Source: Vulcanimicrobiota bacterium (GTDB lineage: Bacteria > Vulcanimicrobiota > Vulcanimicrobiia > Vulcanimicrobiales > Vulcanimicrobiaceae). Taken from it: a stretch of DNA of 64,000 nucleotides. The stretch spans positions 384,001 through 448,000 of the forward strand of contig CAWETW010000003.1 in NCBI GenBank assembly GCA_963812155.1. Direction: 5' to 3'. Made by a program: the position numbers and the translations under genes. The notes beneath the pieces were generated by a model. That model ran no database searches and was not told the origin of the DNA. It saw nothing but the letters and a program-made list of their open reading frames with translations. Shown here piece by piece: positions 30,442 through 43,421 of this stretch; positions within the stretch are counted from its first letter, which is position 1, and each line of letters begins with the position of its first letter.

Positions 30442-33107
30442 TCATACGGTGATCGGATTGGGCTTGTTCGGATCGATGGCGTATTTCTTCAGCGCTTTGC
30501 TCACGGTTGCCGGCGGGACGGTTCCTTCGTCGGCCAGCGACTTGAGCGCGGCAATCGCCACGAAATGGCGATTCACTTCGAAGAACTCGCGCAGCTTGCG
30601 CCGGTAGTCGCTGCGGCCGTAGCCGTCGGTGCCGAGCGTCGCGTAACGCGCGGCCGACGAACGGGCGAATCTGCTCGGCGAACGTGTGGATGTAGTCGGT
30701 GGCCGCGATGCCGGGGCCGCTTCGCCCTTGCAGCGACTCTTCGACGAACGAACGGCGCGGCGTCTCTTGCGGATGCAGCATGTTCCAGCGGCGCGTTGCC
30801 ACGCCGTCGCGCTGCAACTCGTTGAAACTGGTGACGCTCCAAACGTCGCTGCGAACGTGCCAGTCGTTTTCGAGCAACTCGGCACCCGCGAGCACTTCGC
30901 GCAGGATTGCGCCCGAACCGAAAAGCTGCACGCGCGGCTCGTTCTTGGCGCTTACGCCGCCGTCGCGCAGCAGATACATGCCGCGCAGAATTCCGTCGCG
31001 CGCGCCTTCGGGCATCGGCGGGATGCGGATAGTTCTCGTTGAGCAGCGTGATGTAGTAGTAGACGTCTTCCTGATCGGCGAGCATGCGCCGCAGGCCGTC
31101 TTGCACGATCGTCGCGACTTCGTAACCGTAGGTCGGATCGTAGCTGCGGCAGTTGGGAATGAACGACGCGACGACTTGGCTGCTGCCGTCTTCGTGCTGC
31201 AGTCCCTCGCCGTTGAGCGTCGTGCGCCCCGACGTCGCGCCGAGCAGAAACCCGCGCGTGCGGCTGTCGCCCGCAGCCCACGCGAGATCGCCGATGCGTT
31301 GGAATCCGAACATCGAGTAGAAGATGTAGAACGGAATCATCGGCAGGTCGTGATTCGAATACGACGTTCCCGCGGCGATCCACGACGAGAACGCACCGGC
31401 TTCGTTGATGCCCTCTTGCAGGATCTGACCGAGCTTGTCTTCGCGATACCACATGAGCTGTTCGGCGTCTTGCGGATGGTAGAGCTGGCCGACCGACGAG
31501 TAGATGCCGAGTTGCCGGAACATGCCTTCCATGCCGAAGGTACGCGACTCGTCGGCCACGATCGGAACGACGCGCGCGCCGACCGTCTGATCGCGCACGA
31601 TCGTGTTGAGAATGCGCACGAACGACATCGTCGTCGAGATCTCGCGATCGCCGGTGCCGGCCGTCTGCGCTTCGAACGCGGAGAGTTCCGGCACCGCCAG
31701 CGAGGCCGACGTGCGGCGGCGCTGCGGCACGCGACCGAGCGCCTTCACGCGTTCGCGCAGGTACGCCATTTCGGCGCTGTCTTCGGCGGGGCGGTAAAAC
31801 GGAATCTTCTCGATGTCGGCGTCGCTGACCGGAATGTTGAAGCGATCGCGGAACGCCCGCATCGCTTCGACTTCCATTTTCTTGGCTTGATGCGCGATGT
31901 TGCGCGCTTCGCCGGCTTCGCCCATGCCGTATCCCTTGATCGTTTTTGCCAGGACGACCGTAGGCTGGCCGCGATGTTCGAACGCGCGCTTGTACGCCGC
32001 GTAAATCTTGCTCGGATCGTGCCCGCCGCGCTGCAGCGCCCAGATCGCGTCGTCGGTCCAGTCGGCGACGAGCTCGGCGGTTTCCGGGTAACGCCCGAAA
32101 AACTCGTCGCGCACGTATTTTCCGTTCCGCGATTTGAACGTTTGGTAATCGCCGTCGACGCACTCCGTCATCAGCGCGACGAGCCGGCCGCTCGCGTCGG
32201 CGCGCAGCAGCGGATCCCAGCTTCGCCCCCAAATCACCTTGATGACGTTCCAGCCCGCGCCCTTGAAGACGCGCTCGAGCTCTTGAATAATTTTTCCGTT
32301 GCCGCGCACGGGACCGTCGAGCCGCTGCAGGTTGCAGTTGATCACCCAAACGAGATTGTCGAGTTTTTCCCGTCCGGCGAGCGAGATCGCGCCGAGCGAC
32401 TCCGGCTCGTCCATCTCGCCGTCGCCGTGGAAGGCCCACACTTTGCGATCTTGCGCGTCGATCAATCCACGGTCGTGCAAGTAGCGCATGAAGCGCGCTT
32501 GATAGATCGACATGATCGGCCCGAGCCCCATCGAGACCGTCGGGAATTGCCAAAAGTCGGGCATCAGCCACGGATGCGGATACGACGAGAGTCCCTTACC
32601 GCCGACCTCTTGGCGGAAGTGGTCGAGCTGCTCTTCGCTAATGCGTCCTTCGAGAAATGCGCGCGCGTAAAAGCCGGGTGCCGAGTGGCCCTGTAAGTAA
32701 ACGAGGTCGCCGCCGAACGTCTCGGACGGAGCGCGAAAGAAGTAGTTGAAACCAACGTCGTAGAGCGTCGCCGCCGACGCGAAGCTGGCAACGTGTCCGC
32801 CGAGTTCGGAACTCACCTTGTTGGCGCGCACCACCATCGCGAGCGCGTTCCAGCGCACGTAGTGGCGGATGCGCGCTTCCACCTCGAGATCTCCCGGAAT
32901 CTTGGCCTGCTGCTCGAGCGGGATCGTGTTGACGTAGGGCGTCTCGAGCCCGAGCGAGATCGGCACACCCCCGTGCTGCGCTTCGTCGACGAGCCGGCCG
33001 ATGAGCTGGCGCGCCCGGTCGGGACCCTCGGACGCGAGCACGCCGCGCATCGCGTCGATCCATTCTTGGGTTTCTTGCGGGTCCGGGTCGTGCGCGAGGG
33101 TCGTCAT
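30442..33107 (-). CDS. aceE: Pyruvate dehydrogenase E1, homodimeric type (frameshifted near 3' end)
   Basis: DPDPQETQEW, GGHVASF, QFPTVSMGLG, GDGEMDEPES, NLQRLDGPVRGNG, YSMFGFQR, LGTDGYGRSD. Confidence 0.96.
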
Positions 33108-33211
33108 AGGTTGCGCTCCATTCCGCGGCGGGTGTGGATATCTTGCGCGAACCCAGGCACGCCGGCGGTACAGCCCCCGGTTACAGTCGCAAGCGTGAGG
33201 TACACCGCATC

Positions 33212-33649
33212 ATGCGAACGCTAGCGCTGCTGCTCTTCGTCGTCGCCGTCGTCGAAGGGTTCGTCATTTGGACGCTCTGGACGCACCGCGCGCCGTGCGC
33301 GCCCGCACCGGCAGCGTCGCCGCAAGGGTTGCTTAACGGCGGTTCGGGCGGCGACGCGACGCAAGGCGGTTCCGGCAGTACGCCGCCGTTGACGCCTGCA
33401 TCGCCGGCGCCGTCGGGACCGGGTCCCGATGCGAGCGCGTCGACGTCGGGAGGCGGAACGAATACGAGCGTATCCGGGGATCTCAATCAGGTTCCCGATC
33501 CCAACTGCGTCGCGAAGACGACCGCGTCGCTGCTAAGCACCGATCGAGCGAGCGCGCGGCCGTCGTGCGCGCCGATGAGTCCGCCGCCACAGTTACGGCA
33601 AGCCGCCAAACAGTTGCAAGACGGCACGGTTCCTGCGAGTTCGCCGTGA
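33212..33649 (+). CDS. Pro/Ser/Gly-rich membrane-anchored hypothetical protein
   Basis: N-terminal TM helix, low-complexity linker; stop overlaps the GTG of the next gene. Confidence 0.55.
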   Translation: MRTLALLLFVVAVVEGFVIWTLWTHRAPCAPAPAASPQGLLNGGSGGDATQGGSGSTPPLTPASPAPSGPGPDASASTSGGGTNTSVSGDLNQVPDPNCVAKTTASLLSTDRASARPSCAPMSPPPQLRQAAKQLQDGTVPASSP

Positions 33650-35715
33650 AAATGCTGGCCGCGCTGTGCGCCGTCCTCGCCGTCGCCGGATGCTCGAACG
33701 CGCAACGTGCGCAATCGCCGCAGTCACCGTCGAGCTCCCCGTTCGCGGCGGTCACTGCGGCGCCGAGCGCAACGGATATCGCCACGGCGGCACCGGCGAC
33801 CGCCGCGACGCCCACGACGGCAACGACCGCGTCGCCGCCGCCAACTGCAACCCCGAATCCGAATCTGCTCACGATTACGAACGGCACGTTCGTCCGGCGC
33901 TGGACGACCGGCGTATCGGACTATGGCGTCAACGCGCTCGTGCGCGGCTCTGGATGGACGATAAAAACGGGCGTAACCAAACCGATCGACGTCGTTTTCG
34001 AACTTCCCGCGCAAGCGCACGTCACGGCGATCGCAATGCGAACCTATCCGGCGTCCGAAGCGACGTTTGCGATTTCCGCCGACGATCGCGCGTACCAAAA
34101 CATCGGAAAGGTGACGACGGCCGATGCATCGAGCGCAGCGCCGGTTGCCGTCGACGCACGCGGCCGGTTCGTTCGCGTGACGGTGGTGCCGCCGGGGCCG
34201 CAAACCTTCTCGATCGTGTTGCTCAACGCGATGGGAACGATGGGTGCGCCTTCGCCGGCGCCGCTCGACGGCCAATGGGTTGCCGCCGACGACGAAGACG
34301 GCAACGCCGATCGCATCGTCAACGGCGTTGCGGGCATCGTTCCGCCCTCGTGGAACGTCACGGCGAAGCGGGGACAGTACGCAACCTTCGTTCACGACGG
34401 AACGCTGACCGCGTTCTCGTGCAACAGCGATACCAACGTCAACGTCTGGCGCGGCGCGATCGGCGCAAACGGCGCGGCGTCGGGCGACGAATCTCTGCAC
34501 GTCGTCGCCGGCGGAACGCTGCTGATCGGGCGCGCGAACCTGCGAAGCGTCGTCGCGTATCGGGTCGCGCACGCGCCCGCATGCTCGACCACGGTTCGCG
34601 GCAACGGGCCGGAGGTCACGCTCTTCACGCGGTCTTCCAGTTTAGACATTCCAGCCGGGGATACGAAGTTTGTGGCCGGACACCGGTTCGTGCGTACGCC
34701 GTTGCCGTTGCTCGACCGGCACGCCATCGGCAGTGCCCGCGTCGCGGTCATCGCCGACAGTTGCCAGGTGGCTAAGGACCTCGCGCCGTGGCAAATAGCC
34801 GAGTTGCTGCAGTGGGTTCACGACGGGCACGTGCTGGTCGTTCGCGATGCCGACCGTTGCACGTCTTCCGACTATACCTTCATGCCGTACGCCTTTACGA
34901 CGTCGGCCGGCGGCCATGCGGCGGCCAGCGGGAAGCGTCTCGACGTCGTGGCCTCATCTACGCTTGGCAGCAGCAACCGCAGCGATCGCGCGCACTACAT
35001 CGATACCGCCGCGTATTTGCATTACGAACTGCAGCAACTCGGCGACACCGATTTGATGACCACCCACGACGAGCACTGGTGCGGCTTGATGTACGGGGTC
35101 AACGTCTACAACGTCGGCGGTTGGGTGCACGCGTACGCGCGCTACGGCAGAGGCCTCATGCTGTACAACGGCTTCGACGAAGACGACCTCTATTCACAAA
35201 TTCCGGAGGCCAAGCGTATCTCGCAACTCGAGTACGGGCAGTCTCCGTCGGAAAGTTTGCCGTGCAACGCGCACGTCGCCGACGGTCCACCGCACGCTGC
35301 CGCAAGCGCGCAGCACGCCGCAACCGTACGCGCGCCCGCGACGAAAACGACGATTGCGAAAGCTCTGCTGCAGAGCAAGCGCGCGCGCATCTACGGCATT
35401 CATTTCGACGTCGCGAGCGCGCACATTCAATCCGGATCCGAGCGCGTCATCGGTGAGATCGCGCAGGTGCTCCGCGAGTATCCATCCTGGCGCATGCTGG
35501 TCGAAGGACACACCGATTCGGACGGCGGCGCCGCGTATAATCTCAACCTTTCGCAACGGCGCGCCGCAGCGGTCGTCGCCGATTTAACGCACCGCTACCA
35601 CATCGCAGCCGCGCGCTTGCGCGCGGTCGGGTATGGCGAAACGCATCCGGTTGCATCGAACGCGGCGGCGTCGGGCAAAGCGCTCAACCGGCGCGTGGAG
35701 CTGGTGCGCTCCTAG
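33646..35715 (+). CDS. Lipoprotein with discoidin-like region and C-terminal OmpA peptidoglycan-binding domain
   Basis: Lipobox VAGC, Thr/Pro linker, IYGIHFD, VEGHTDSDG..YNL.LS.RRA, GYGE..PV.SN, NRRVEL. Confidence 0.85.
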   Translation: MKMLAALCAVLAVAGCSNAQRAQSPQSPSSSPFAAVTAAPSATDIATAAPATAATPTTATTASPPPTATPNPNLLTITNGTFVRRWTTGVSDYGVNALVRGSGWTIKTGVTKPIDVVFELPAQAHVTAIAMRTYPASEATFAISADDRAYQNIGKVTTADASSAAPVAVDARGRFVRVTVVPPGPQTFSIVLLNAMGTMGAPSPAPLDGQWVAADDEDGNADRIVNGVAGIVPPSWNVTAKRGQYATFVHDGTLTAFSCNSDTNVNVWRGAIGANGAASGDESLHVVAGGTLLIGRANLRSVVAYRVAHAPACSTTVRGNGPEVTLFTRSSSLDIPAGDTKFVAGHRFVRTPLPLLDRHAIGSARVAVIADSCQVAKDLAPWQIAELLQWVHDGHVLVVRDADRCTSSDYTFMPYAFTTSAGGHAAASGKRLDVVASSTLGSSNRSDRAHYIDTAAYLHYELQQLGDTDLMTTHDEHWCGLMYGVNVYNVGGWVHAYARYGRGLMLYNGFDEDDLYSQIPEAKRISQLEYGQSPSESLPCNAHVADGPPHAAASAQHAATVRAPATKTTIAKALLQSKRARIYGIHFDVASAHIQSGSERVIGEIAQVLREYPSWRMLVEGHTDSDGGAAYNLNLSQRRAAAVVADLTHRYHIAAARLRAVGYGETHPVASNAAASGKALNRRVELVRS

Positions 35716-35718
35716 CTC

Positions 35719-36051
35719 CTAGCGAGCCTCTGAAGAAGGCTCGCCGCCTTCCTCGGGTCGCTCGTCGATTGTGTAGAGCCACCACTGCGTTGCGCCGCGA
35801 CGCGCCTCGCGGTCGTAGTACACTTCGATCGTTGCGCCCTCCACCGTTCGCAACTCGAACCAGTGGCGCTTGAGATAGGTGTCGCCGCGGTCGTCCTTGG
35901 TGCTTTTCCAACGGCGCAGCACGGCGGCGATTTCGAGCACGCGCTCGTCCCACGCAAACGCGCGCGGCACCGGCGGCTCGTTGCCTTGCGTTTCGGCTAC
36001 GTAACCTTCGCCGCTCGGTTTGAGCGGACGGCTGACGAAACTTCGCGCCAT
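35719..36051 (-). CDS. Small hypothetical protein (DUF6504-like)
   Basis: P.AFAW, VL..WK, HWFEL, WWLY pattern; family assignment from memory. Confidence 0.55.
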   Translation of the reverse strand: MARSFVSRPLKPSGEGYVAETQGNEPPVPRAFAWDERVLEIAAVLRRWKSTKDDRGDTYLKRHWFELRTVEGATIEVYYDREARRGATQWWLYTIDERPEEGGEPSSEAR

Positions 36052-36069
36052 TCGATACCGGAAAAGAAC

Positions 36070-37467
36070 TTAGGAAAAGCAGTACGAATCCGACGATGCG
36101 TCGCCGCCTTGCAGGCGAACTTGGTGAGCGCGGTACGCCGGATCGAACTCCACGAAGAACTTCTCGTCGAAGGCGATTTTGCCATCGTCGGCGACGTCGA
36201 GCTTCACCATCCAGTTTCCAACGCCGTCCGGGTAGAACTGATCGTCCCACGCGCGGTACAGCGAGTTGGTGAAGTACACGCGGCGTCCGTCCCGGCTGAT
36301 CTCGACCATCTGCGGTCCGCCGGCGAGCGCCTTGTCCGGACGTGCGGGGTGCGGCGTGCGCTTCGCGATGCCGCCGATGCGCACCGAGCCGACGAATTTT
36401 GGATCGAACGGATCGGTGACGTCGTATTGCCGCATTTCGCCGGTTCCCCAGCACGACGCGTAAAGATAGCGATCGTCCACGGAAAGATCGATGTCGCTCA
36501 GCAGCGGCGGGACGGCCGAGAAGCCCTTGAGCAAATCGGGCAGCTGCTCCGGTGTCGCGGGCTCGGCGGGAATCTCGATCACTTTCTTCGCCGTCCACTC
36601 GCCGTTCTTGCGGTGCCACAACCAAATCGAGCTCGATAGATCCTTGAGCGAGACGACGACGCCGGCGAATCCCCATTCATTGTTGGGGTCATGCGACGGC
36701 CGCAGTTCGAGCACCATTTGCTGCTCGGCGCCAAGATCGACGCTCTGCCGGTGCCTGCGGCTCTTGAGGTCCCAGAAATGGAGATGGTGGCCGTATTTTC
36801 CGGCGAGGAGCAGCTCGGGATCGATGCCGCCCTCGATCATCTTCGGCGTGCCCCATTCGCTCGTGATCATAACGTCGCGGTTGAGGTGCCACCAAAAATC
36901 GTAGGCGAAGTACTGGGAGCCGCGATCTTTTTCCCACGGACCGATGATGTCGAACGTATCGCAGTCCATCATGAAGATGCCGCCGGGTCCGTCGCCGTCC
37001 GCGTTGCCGAGCGCGCTGACGTAGATCGCGTCGGGACCGCAATGCACGGTGTGCGGCCGTGAGTACCCGGTGCGGGAAATCATCTCTGCCGGTTCGATGA
37101 CGCGCACGATCCGCGGTTGCGACGGATCCGCTTTCGTGTCGAGAATGTACATGCGCGACGACCGCAGACCCGGCACGACGAGATAGCGCCGTTCGACGTG
37201 CGGATGCGGTGCGAACGGACAGAGCGCCGCGCTGCACGCGTTCCAGCCGAAATGATGCAGCTCGTCGCCCGACGTGGGCAGCGCCACGCCGCCGATGGAT
37301 TGCGCGTACCGGGGCGACGTCGCGTCGGTGTCGATGACGGCGATGCGGTCGGTGACGCCGTTGCCGGTCGCGCTTAGCAGCGCGACGTAGGCCAGCGTCT
37401 CGGGCGGTGCATTTATGGCGTCCTTCGCGGAGGCATAAAAGGTCGGATCCGGTTTCAAAAGCTGCAT
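36070..37467 (-). CDS. SBP56 selenium-binding protein / methanethiol oxidase family
   Basis: DELHHFGWNACS, RYLVVPGL.SSR, PHTVHC, YDFWW, GGPQM..S.DG.R.Y.TNSL, GGDASSD. Confidence 0.92.
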   Translation of the reverse strand: MQLLKPDPTFYASAKDAINAPPETLAYVALLSATGNGVTDRIAVIDTDATSPRYAQSIGGVALPTSGDELHHFGWNACSAALCPFAPHPHVERRYLVVPGLRSSRMYILDTKADPSQPRIVRVIEPAEMISRTGYSRPHTVHCGPDAIYVSALGNADGDGPGGIFMMDCDTFDIIGPWEKDRGSQYFAYDFWWHLNRDVMITSEWGTPKMIEGGIDPELLLAGKYGHHLHFWDLKSRRHRQSVDLGAEQQMVLELRPSHDPNNEWGFAGVVVSLKDLSSSIWLWHRKNGEWTAKKVIEIPAEPATPEQLPDLLKGFSAVPPLLSDIDLSVDDRYLYASCWGTGEMRQYDVTDPFDPKFVGSVRIGGIAKRTPHPARPDKALAGGPQMVEISRDGRRVYFTNSLYRAWDDQFYPDGVGNWMVKLDVADDGKIAFDEKFFVEFDPAYRAHQVRLQGGDASSDSYCFS

Positions 37468-37499
37468 GGAGCCTACTGCGATTGAGTGACCCAGGGCTC

Positions 37500-38144
37500 C
37501 TATGTGATGAGCGCGACGACGCCCGTGAGGATGAGGGCCGCGGCCCATATGAGGTCGAGGTTGATCCAGCCTGTCCGCAAGAACCGCACACCGATCTTCG
37601 TGTAGACGAGCAGCGCAATCGCCGTTGCCGCCGCGACATAGCCGAGCGTGTGCAGCCCGATCATCAGCCAACTGGTCACCAGCATGGCGTGCGGCACGTG
37701 CGCGAACGGCATCGGCATCGTCATCGCGCTCGCCGCATTCACGCGGCTCGTCGTCACGAAAGGCAGCAGCATGAGCCCCGCACCGTGCGCGCTCGACATC
37801 AGAAATCCCCACAGCGCGAGCCCCCAAAATCCGACGCGCATGCCGACCCAACGAACGTGCCGCGCGCGAACCAGCCGGTAAGCGCCGAACGCGATTAAAA
37901 TTCCCGCGGCGGCGACGTGCACGGCGCGATGCGGAAACTGCGCGGCCGCGTACGTCGCAACGAGCACGACCAGCGCGACCGACACGAGGTGTCCGAGCGT
38001 CAGCGGTACGATCGCGCGCACCACCGCGGCAGCGCTGCGTTCCTGGAATCCGAGTCCGACCGCAAACAGCCACCCCATGCCGGGATTCAGCCCGTGATAG
38101 CAGCCAAGCAAGAATAGCGCCGGCCAGACGAGACGGTCGCTCAC
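37500..38144 (-). CDS. Membrane protein associated with SBP56
   Basis: HGLNPGMGWLFAV, GH, FLMSSAHGAGLML; multi-TM with several His. Confidence 0.75.
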   Translation of the reverse strand: MSDRLVWPALFLLGCYHGLNPGMGWLFAVGLGFQERSAAAVVRAIVPLTLGHLVSVALVVLVATYAAAQFPHRAVHVAAAGILIAFGAYRLVRARHVRWVGMRVGFWGLALWGFLMSSAHGAGLMLLPFVTTSRVNAASAMTMPMPFAHVPHAMLVTSWLMIGLHTLGYVAAATAIALLVYTKIGVRFLRTGWINLDLIWAAALILTGVVALIT

Positions 38145-38212
38145 GCTTTCACCATTGGAGACACTCTATTCGCACGAGGAGAAAGTGAGCATTTCGCCGA
38201 GTAACGGCGGCG

Positions 38213-39214
38213 ATGGTCGTCAGCGGTTTCTCCGGCGCCGTCGGCAATACGCCGCTCGTCGAGCTGCGCGCCCTTTCGCGGGCCCTTGGACGGCGCGTTC
38301 TCGGTAAGGCGGAATTCCTCAATCCCGGCGGATCGGTGAAGGATCGGGCCGCTCGCGGCATCGTCGATGAGGCAGAAGCGCACGGCGCACTGCAGCCCGG
38401 CGGTACCATAGTGGAAGGGACGGCCGGTAACACCGGCATCGCGCTCGCACTCGTCGCGAACGAGCGGGGCTATCGGAGTATCATCGTCATTCCCGACGAT
38501 CAATCGCAAGAGAAGATCGATCTGCTGCGCGCCTACGGTTCCGACGTGCGCGTCGTCCCCGCGGTGGCATTCACCAATTCCGAAAATTACTACCACGTCG
38601 CGCGGCGCATCGCGGGCGAATTGCCTGGCGCGTTTTGGGCAAACCAGTTCGAGAACACCGCCAACAGGCGCGCTCACGAGGCGACGACCGGACCGGAGAT
38701 TTGGGATCAAACCGGCGGCCGAATCGACGCATTCGTTGCCGCCGCCGGCACCGGCGGGACGATCGCCGGCGTTGCACGCGCGCTCAAAAGCCGAAGCTCC
38801 GACGTGTTGACGGTGCTATGCGATCCAATGGGCTCGGCGCTCTATAACTACGTGAATGCGGGCTCGCTCGAGCCCGAAGGGGATTCGGATCTCGAAGGCA
38901 TCGGTATCAAACGGCTGACGGCGAATTTCAAAGGCGCGCCGATTGACCGCGCGGTACGGGGAAGCGACGCGCAAGCGGTCGCGATGGCGCATTGGCTGCT
39001 CGAGCACGAAGGGATATTCGTGGGCGGCTCCAGCGGGCTCAATGCCGTGGGCGCCGCAACGATCGCGCGAACCCTCCCCAGCGGCTCGACCGTCGTCACG
39101 ATTCTGTGCGACGGCGGCGGACGCCATCTGTCGCGCATTTTCAACGATAGCTGGCTGCACGAGAAGAGTTTTGGGAAGAGCCGGCCGCTCGACGCAATTT
39201 TAGCCGGCCCGTAG
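38213..39214 (+). CDS. Cysteine synthase family PLP enzyme
   Basis: GNTPL, KAEFLNPGGSVKDR, TAGNTG, NQFEN, GTGGT, EGIG, GGSSG. Confidence 0.93.
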   Translation: MVVSGFSGAVGNTPLVELRALSRALGRRVLGKAEFLNPGGSVKDRAARGIVDEAEAHGALQPGGTIVEGTAGNTGIALALVANERGYRSIIVIPDDQSQEKIDLLRAYGSDVRVVPAVAFTNSENYYHVARRIAGELPGAFWANQFENTANRRAHEATTGPEIWDQTGGRIDAFVAAAGTGGTIAGVARALKSRSSDVLTVLCDPMGSALYNYVNAGSLEPEGDSDLEGIGIKRLTANFKGAPIDRAVRGSDAQAVAMAHWLLEHEGIFVGGSSGLNAVGAATIARTLPSGSTVVTILCDGGGRHLSRIFNDSWLHEKSFGKSRPLDAILAGP

Positions 39215-39221
39215 GCGCCCC

Positions 39222-40172
39222 TCACATCGTTGCGTCTGGCATGACGCCGGAACGTTCTTCGCTCAGCACGACGCCGATCGCAGCGAGCAGGATGACGCCG
39301 CCGGCAATCGCGGCCGGACCAACGCCTTCGCCGAAGATGAAGAAGGCGAGCACGGCTGCAGAAACTGGTTCAATCAAGGTGCTGAAGGCGACCGCGCTCG
39401 GCGAGAACCAGCGCAGGGCGGCGTTGAGCGCCGTATGTCCGAGCAGTTGCGAGACGAGCGCCATGCCGAGAATGCCGCCCCAGGCCGGTAGATCCGCGAG
39501 CGCGGGTGGCCCCTGCCGCATCAGCACTGCGGCCGCGACGAGCACGATCGCCGCCCAGGCGTAGGTGCGCGTCACGATCGTGCGCGTGCCGAGCGAGCCG
39601 CGAACGTCGCGCACAATCAGCAGGTAGATTGCCATTGCGAGACTGCCGGCGAGCGCGAGCGCGGCGCCGAAAAGCGGATGTCCGGGTATCGGTGGCGCTG
39701 CGGCGTTAAAGCCGACCACCAGGGCGAGACCGGCTGCGCCGCCCGCAAACCCGCAAAGCGTGCGCAACGACGGCGTCCGGCGTCGAATCACTGCATCGTA
39801 GACGGCCGTCCAAATCGGCGCCGTCGCGACCAGCAGCGTGGAGACCGCCACCGTCGTGTATTGCAGCGATGCGATCCAGCCGGCAAAGTGGACGGCGAGT
39901 GCGACCCCGGCAAGCGCCAGCCCGCGCGACTGCCGCGGCAGCGGGGCAGTGCGATCGCGGCGGACCGTCGCGACCGCGAGCAGCACGGCCGCCGCAATCC
40001 CCAGGCGCAACGCCGATACGGCGAGTGGGCCCGCGCCCGTCAGCGCGAAGCGCGCGAAGATCGCGGCCGCCCCGACGGCGAGCTGCGCGCCGCCAAGCAG
40101 CGTGTAGGGAACGAAAAGCGGGCGCGGCGTTCTCTCGATGGCGCGCCGTTCGGCGCATCCGGCGGCGCGCAC
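39222..40172 (-). CDS. DMT/EamA transporter; start uncertain
   Basis: About ten TM helices; LAVHF..WI.SL.YT.VA, QLLGH..LN.AL, EPV.A. Confidence 0.85.
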   Translation of the reverse strand: MRAAGCAERRAIERTPRPLFVPYTLLGGAQLAVGAAAIFARFALTGAGPLAVSALRLGIAAAVLLAVATVRRDRTAPLPRQSRGLALAGVALAVHFAGWIASLQYTTVAVSTLLVATAPIWTAVYDAVIRRRTPSLRTLCGFAGGAAGLALVVGFNAAAPPIPGHPLFGAALALAGSLAMAIYLLIVRDVRGSLGTRTIVTRTYAWAAIVLVAAAVLMRQGPPALADLPAWGGILGMALVSQLLGHTALNAALRWFSPSAVAFSTLIEPVSAAVLAFFIFGEGVGPAAIAGGVILLAAIGVVLSEERSGVMPDATM

Positions 40173-40211
40173 TCTTCGCAACGCCGGAGGCGGGCGCTGC
40201 CGCGCGTGTAA

Positions 40212-42477
<2,266 letters not shown>

Positions 42478-42497
<20 letters not shown>

Positions 42498-43113
42498 GCC
42501 AGTATGCGGCGTCGGGAGTTTCTGCGAGTGCGAGCGCGTCGGATGGAACGCGTACCGTCTTCGAAAGATGGTGCCACGCGTCGAGCACGCGCACGACGTA
42601 AGTTTCCGTCTCGTAGAACGGCGGGATGCCGCCGTATTGGGTGACGGCTTTCGGGCCGGCGTTATAGGCGGCGAACACCAAACTATAGTGCGGGCCGAAG
42701 CGATGCATGAGGCCGCTGAGATAACGGGCGGCGCCGGAGAGATTCTCACCGGCGTTGCGCGGATTGACGCCGAGGCCCGCGGCGGTCCCAGGCATCAACT
42801 GGCCCAGCCCGATCGCCCCGGCCCGTGAGACCGCGTGCGTGTGCCAACGGGATTCCACCGTAACGACCGCGATCAGCATGTTGGCGTCGAGCCGCCAGCG
42901 CTCGGCGTTGACGAGAACGCGGCGCGCGAGGTCGCGGCTCTGCCAGCGAGGCAGCTTGGGGTTAATTCCGTGCAGGACGGTGGCGTAGACCGCGATGGTT
43001 TCCGGGGTCGCGGCGACCGTTGCTTGAACCGCTGCACGAGCGGGCCGGCAACCGGCAGCAAGCGCGAAGCCAAACGCTGCAACAGCAGCGATGAAGGCTA
43101 GCCTCCTGTGCAT
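42478..43113 (-). CDS. Lytic transglycosylase (SLT domain)
   Basis: VES catalytic Glu, AVSRAGAIGLGQLMP.TA, AAYNAGP, IPPF.ET..YV; signal peptide. Confidence 0.92.
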
Positions 43114-43189
43114 GAGCCTCGGGGGTTCAAGCCGCACCTGGGCGGCGCCTCCCCGGAGACCGGACGCTTGCGGGAGAAGGGCGGCCCCG

Positions 43190-43363
43190 ATGAGCCGCCG
43201 CCACATGTCCCCGCGCGCCCGGCGCGCATGGACGATCGGAATCGTCGCATTCTTCGTGGTCATGTGCGCCGCAATTGCGATTTCGCAGTGGTGGGCCGTT
43301 CACGTCAACGTTCCGCAGTACGAGTCGCACCATCGCGCGCACGCTCGCGCCTCGCACGTTTGA
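43190..43363 (+). CDS. Small single-TM protein
   Basis: Basic N-terminus, one TM helix, His-rich tail; fills the intergenic gap. Confidence 0.45.
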   Translation: MSRRHMSPRARRAWTIGIVAFFVVMCAAIAISQWWAVHVNVPQYESHHRAHARASHV

Positions 43364-43421
43364 TGCATCTTTGAGGCATTGCGCGCAGGAGTAGCGCGCG
43401 CAGGTATGGGACCCGGCGATT

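Noticed and set aside
21515..33107. rnd, acnA, aceF and aceE as pseudogenes or programmed frameshifts
   Set aside because: Many single-base indels cluster across adjacent core genes whose motifs are otherwise intact, which fits low-coverage long-read error. The same applies to 5.7-7.6 kb, about 48480, 51260, 52.1-52.5 kb, 57445, 59890 and 61755. Read polishing would settle it.
28838..33107. Absence of lpdA next to aceEF as a novelty
   Set aside because: E3 is often encoded elsewhere; cannot be judged from one window.
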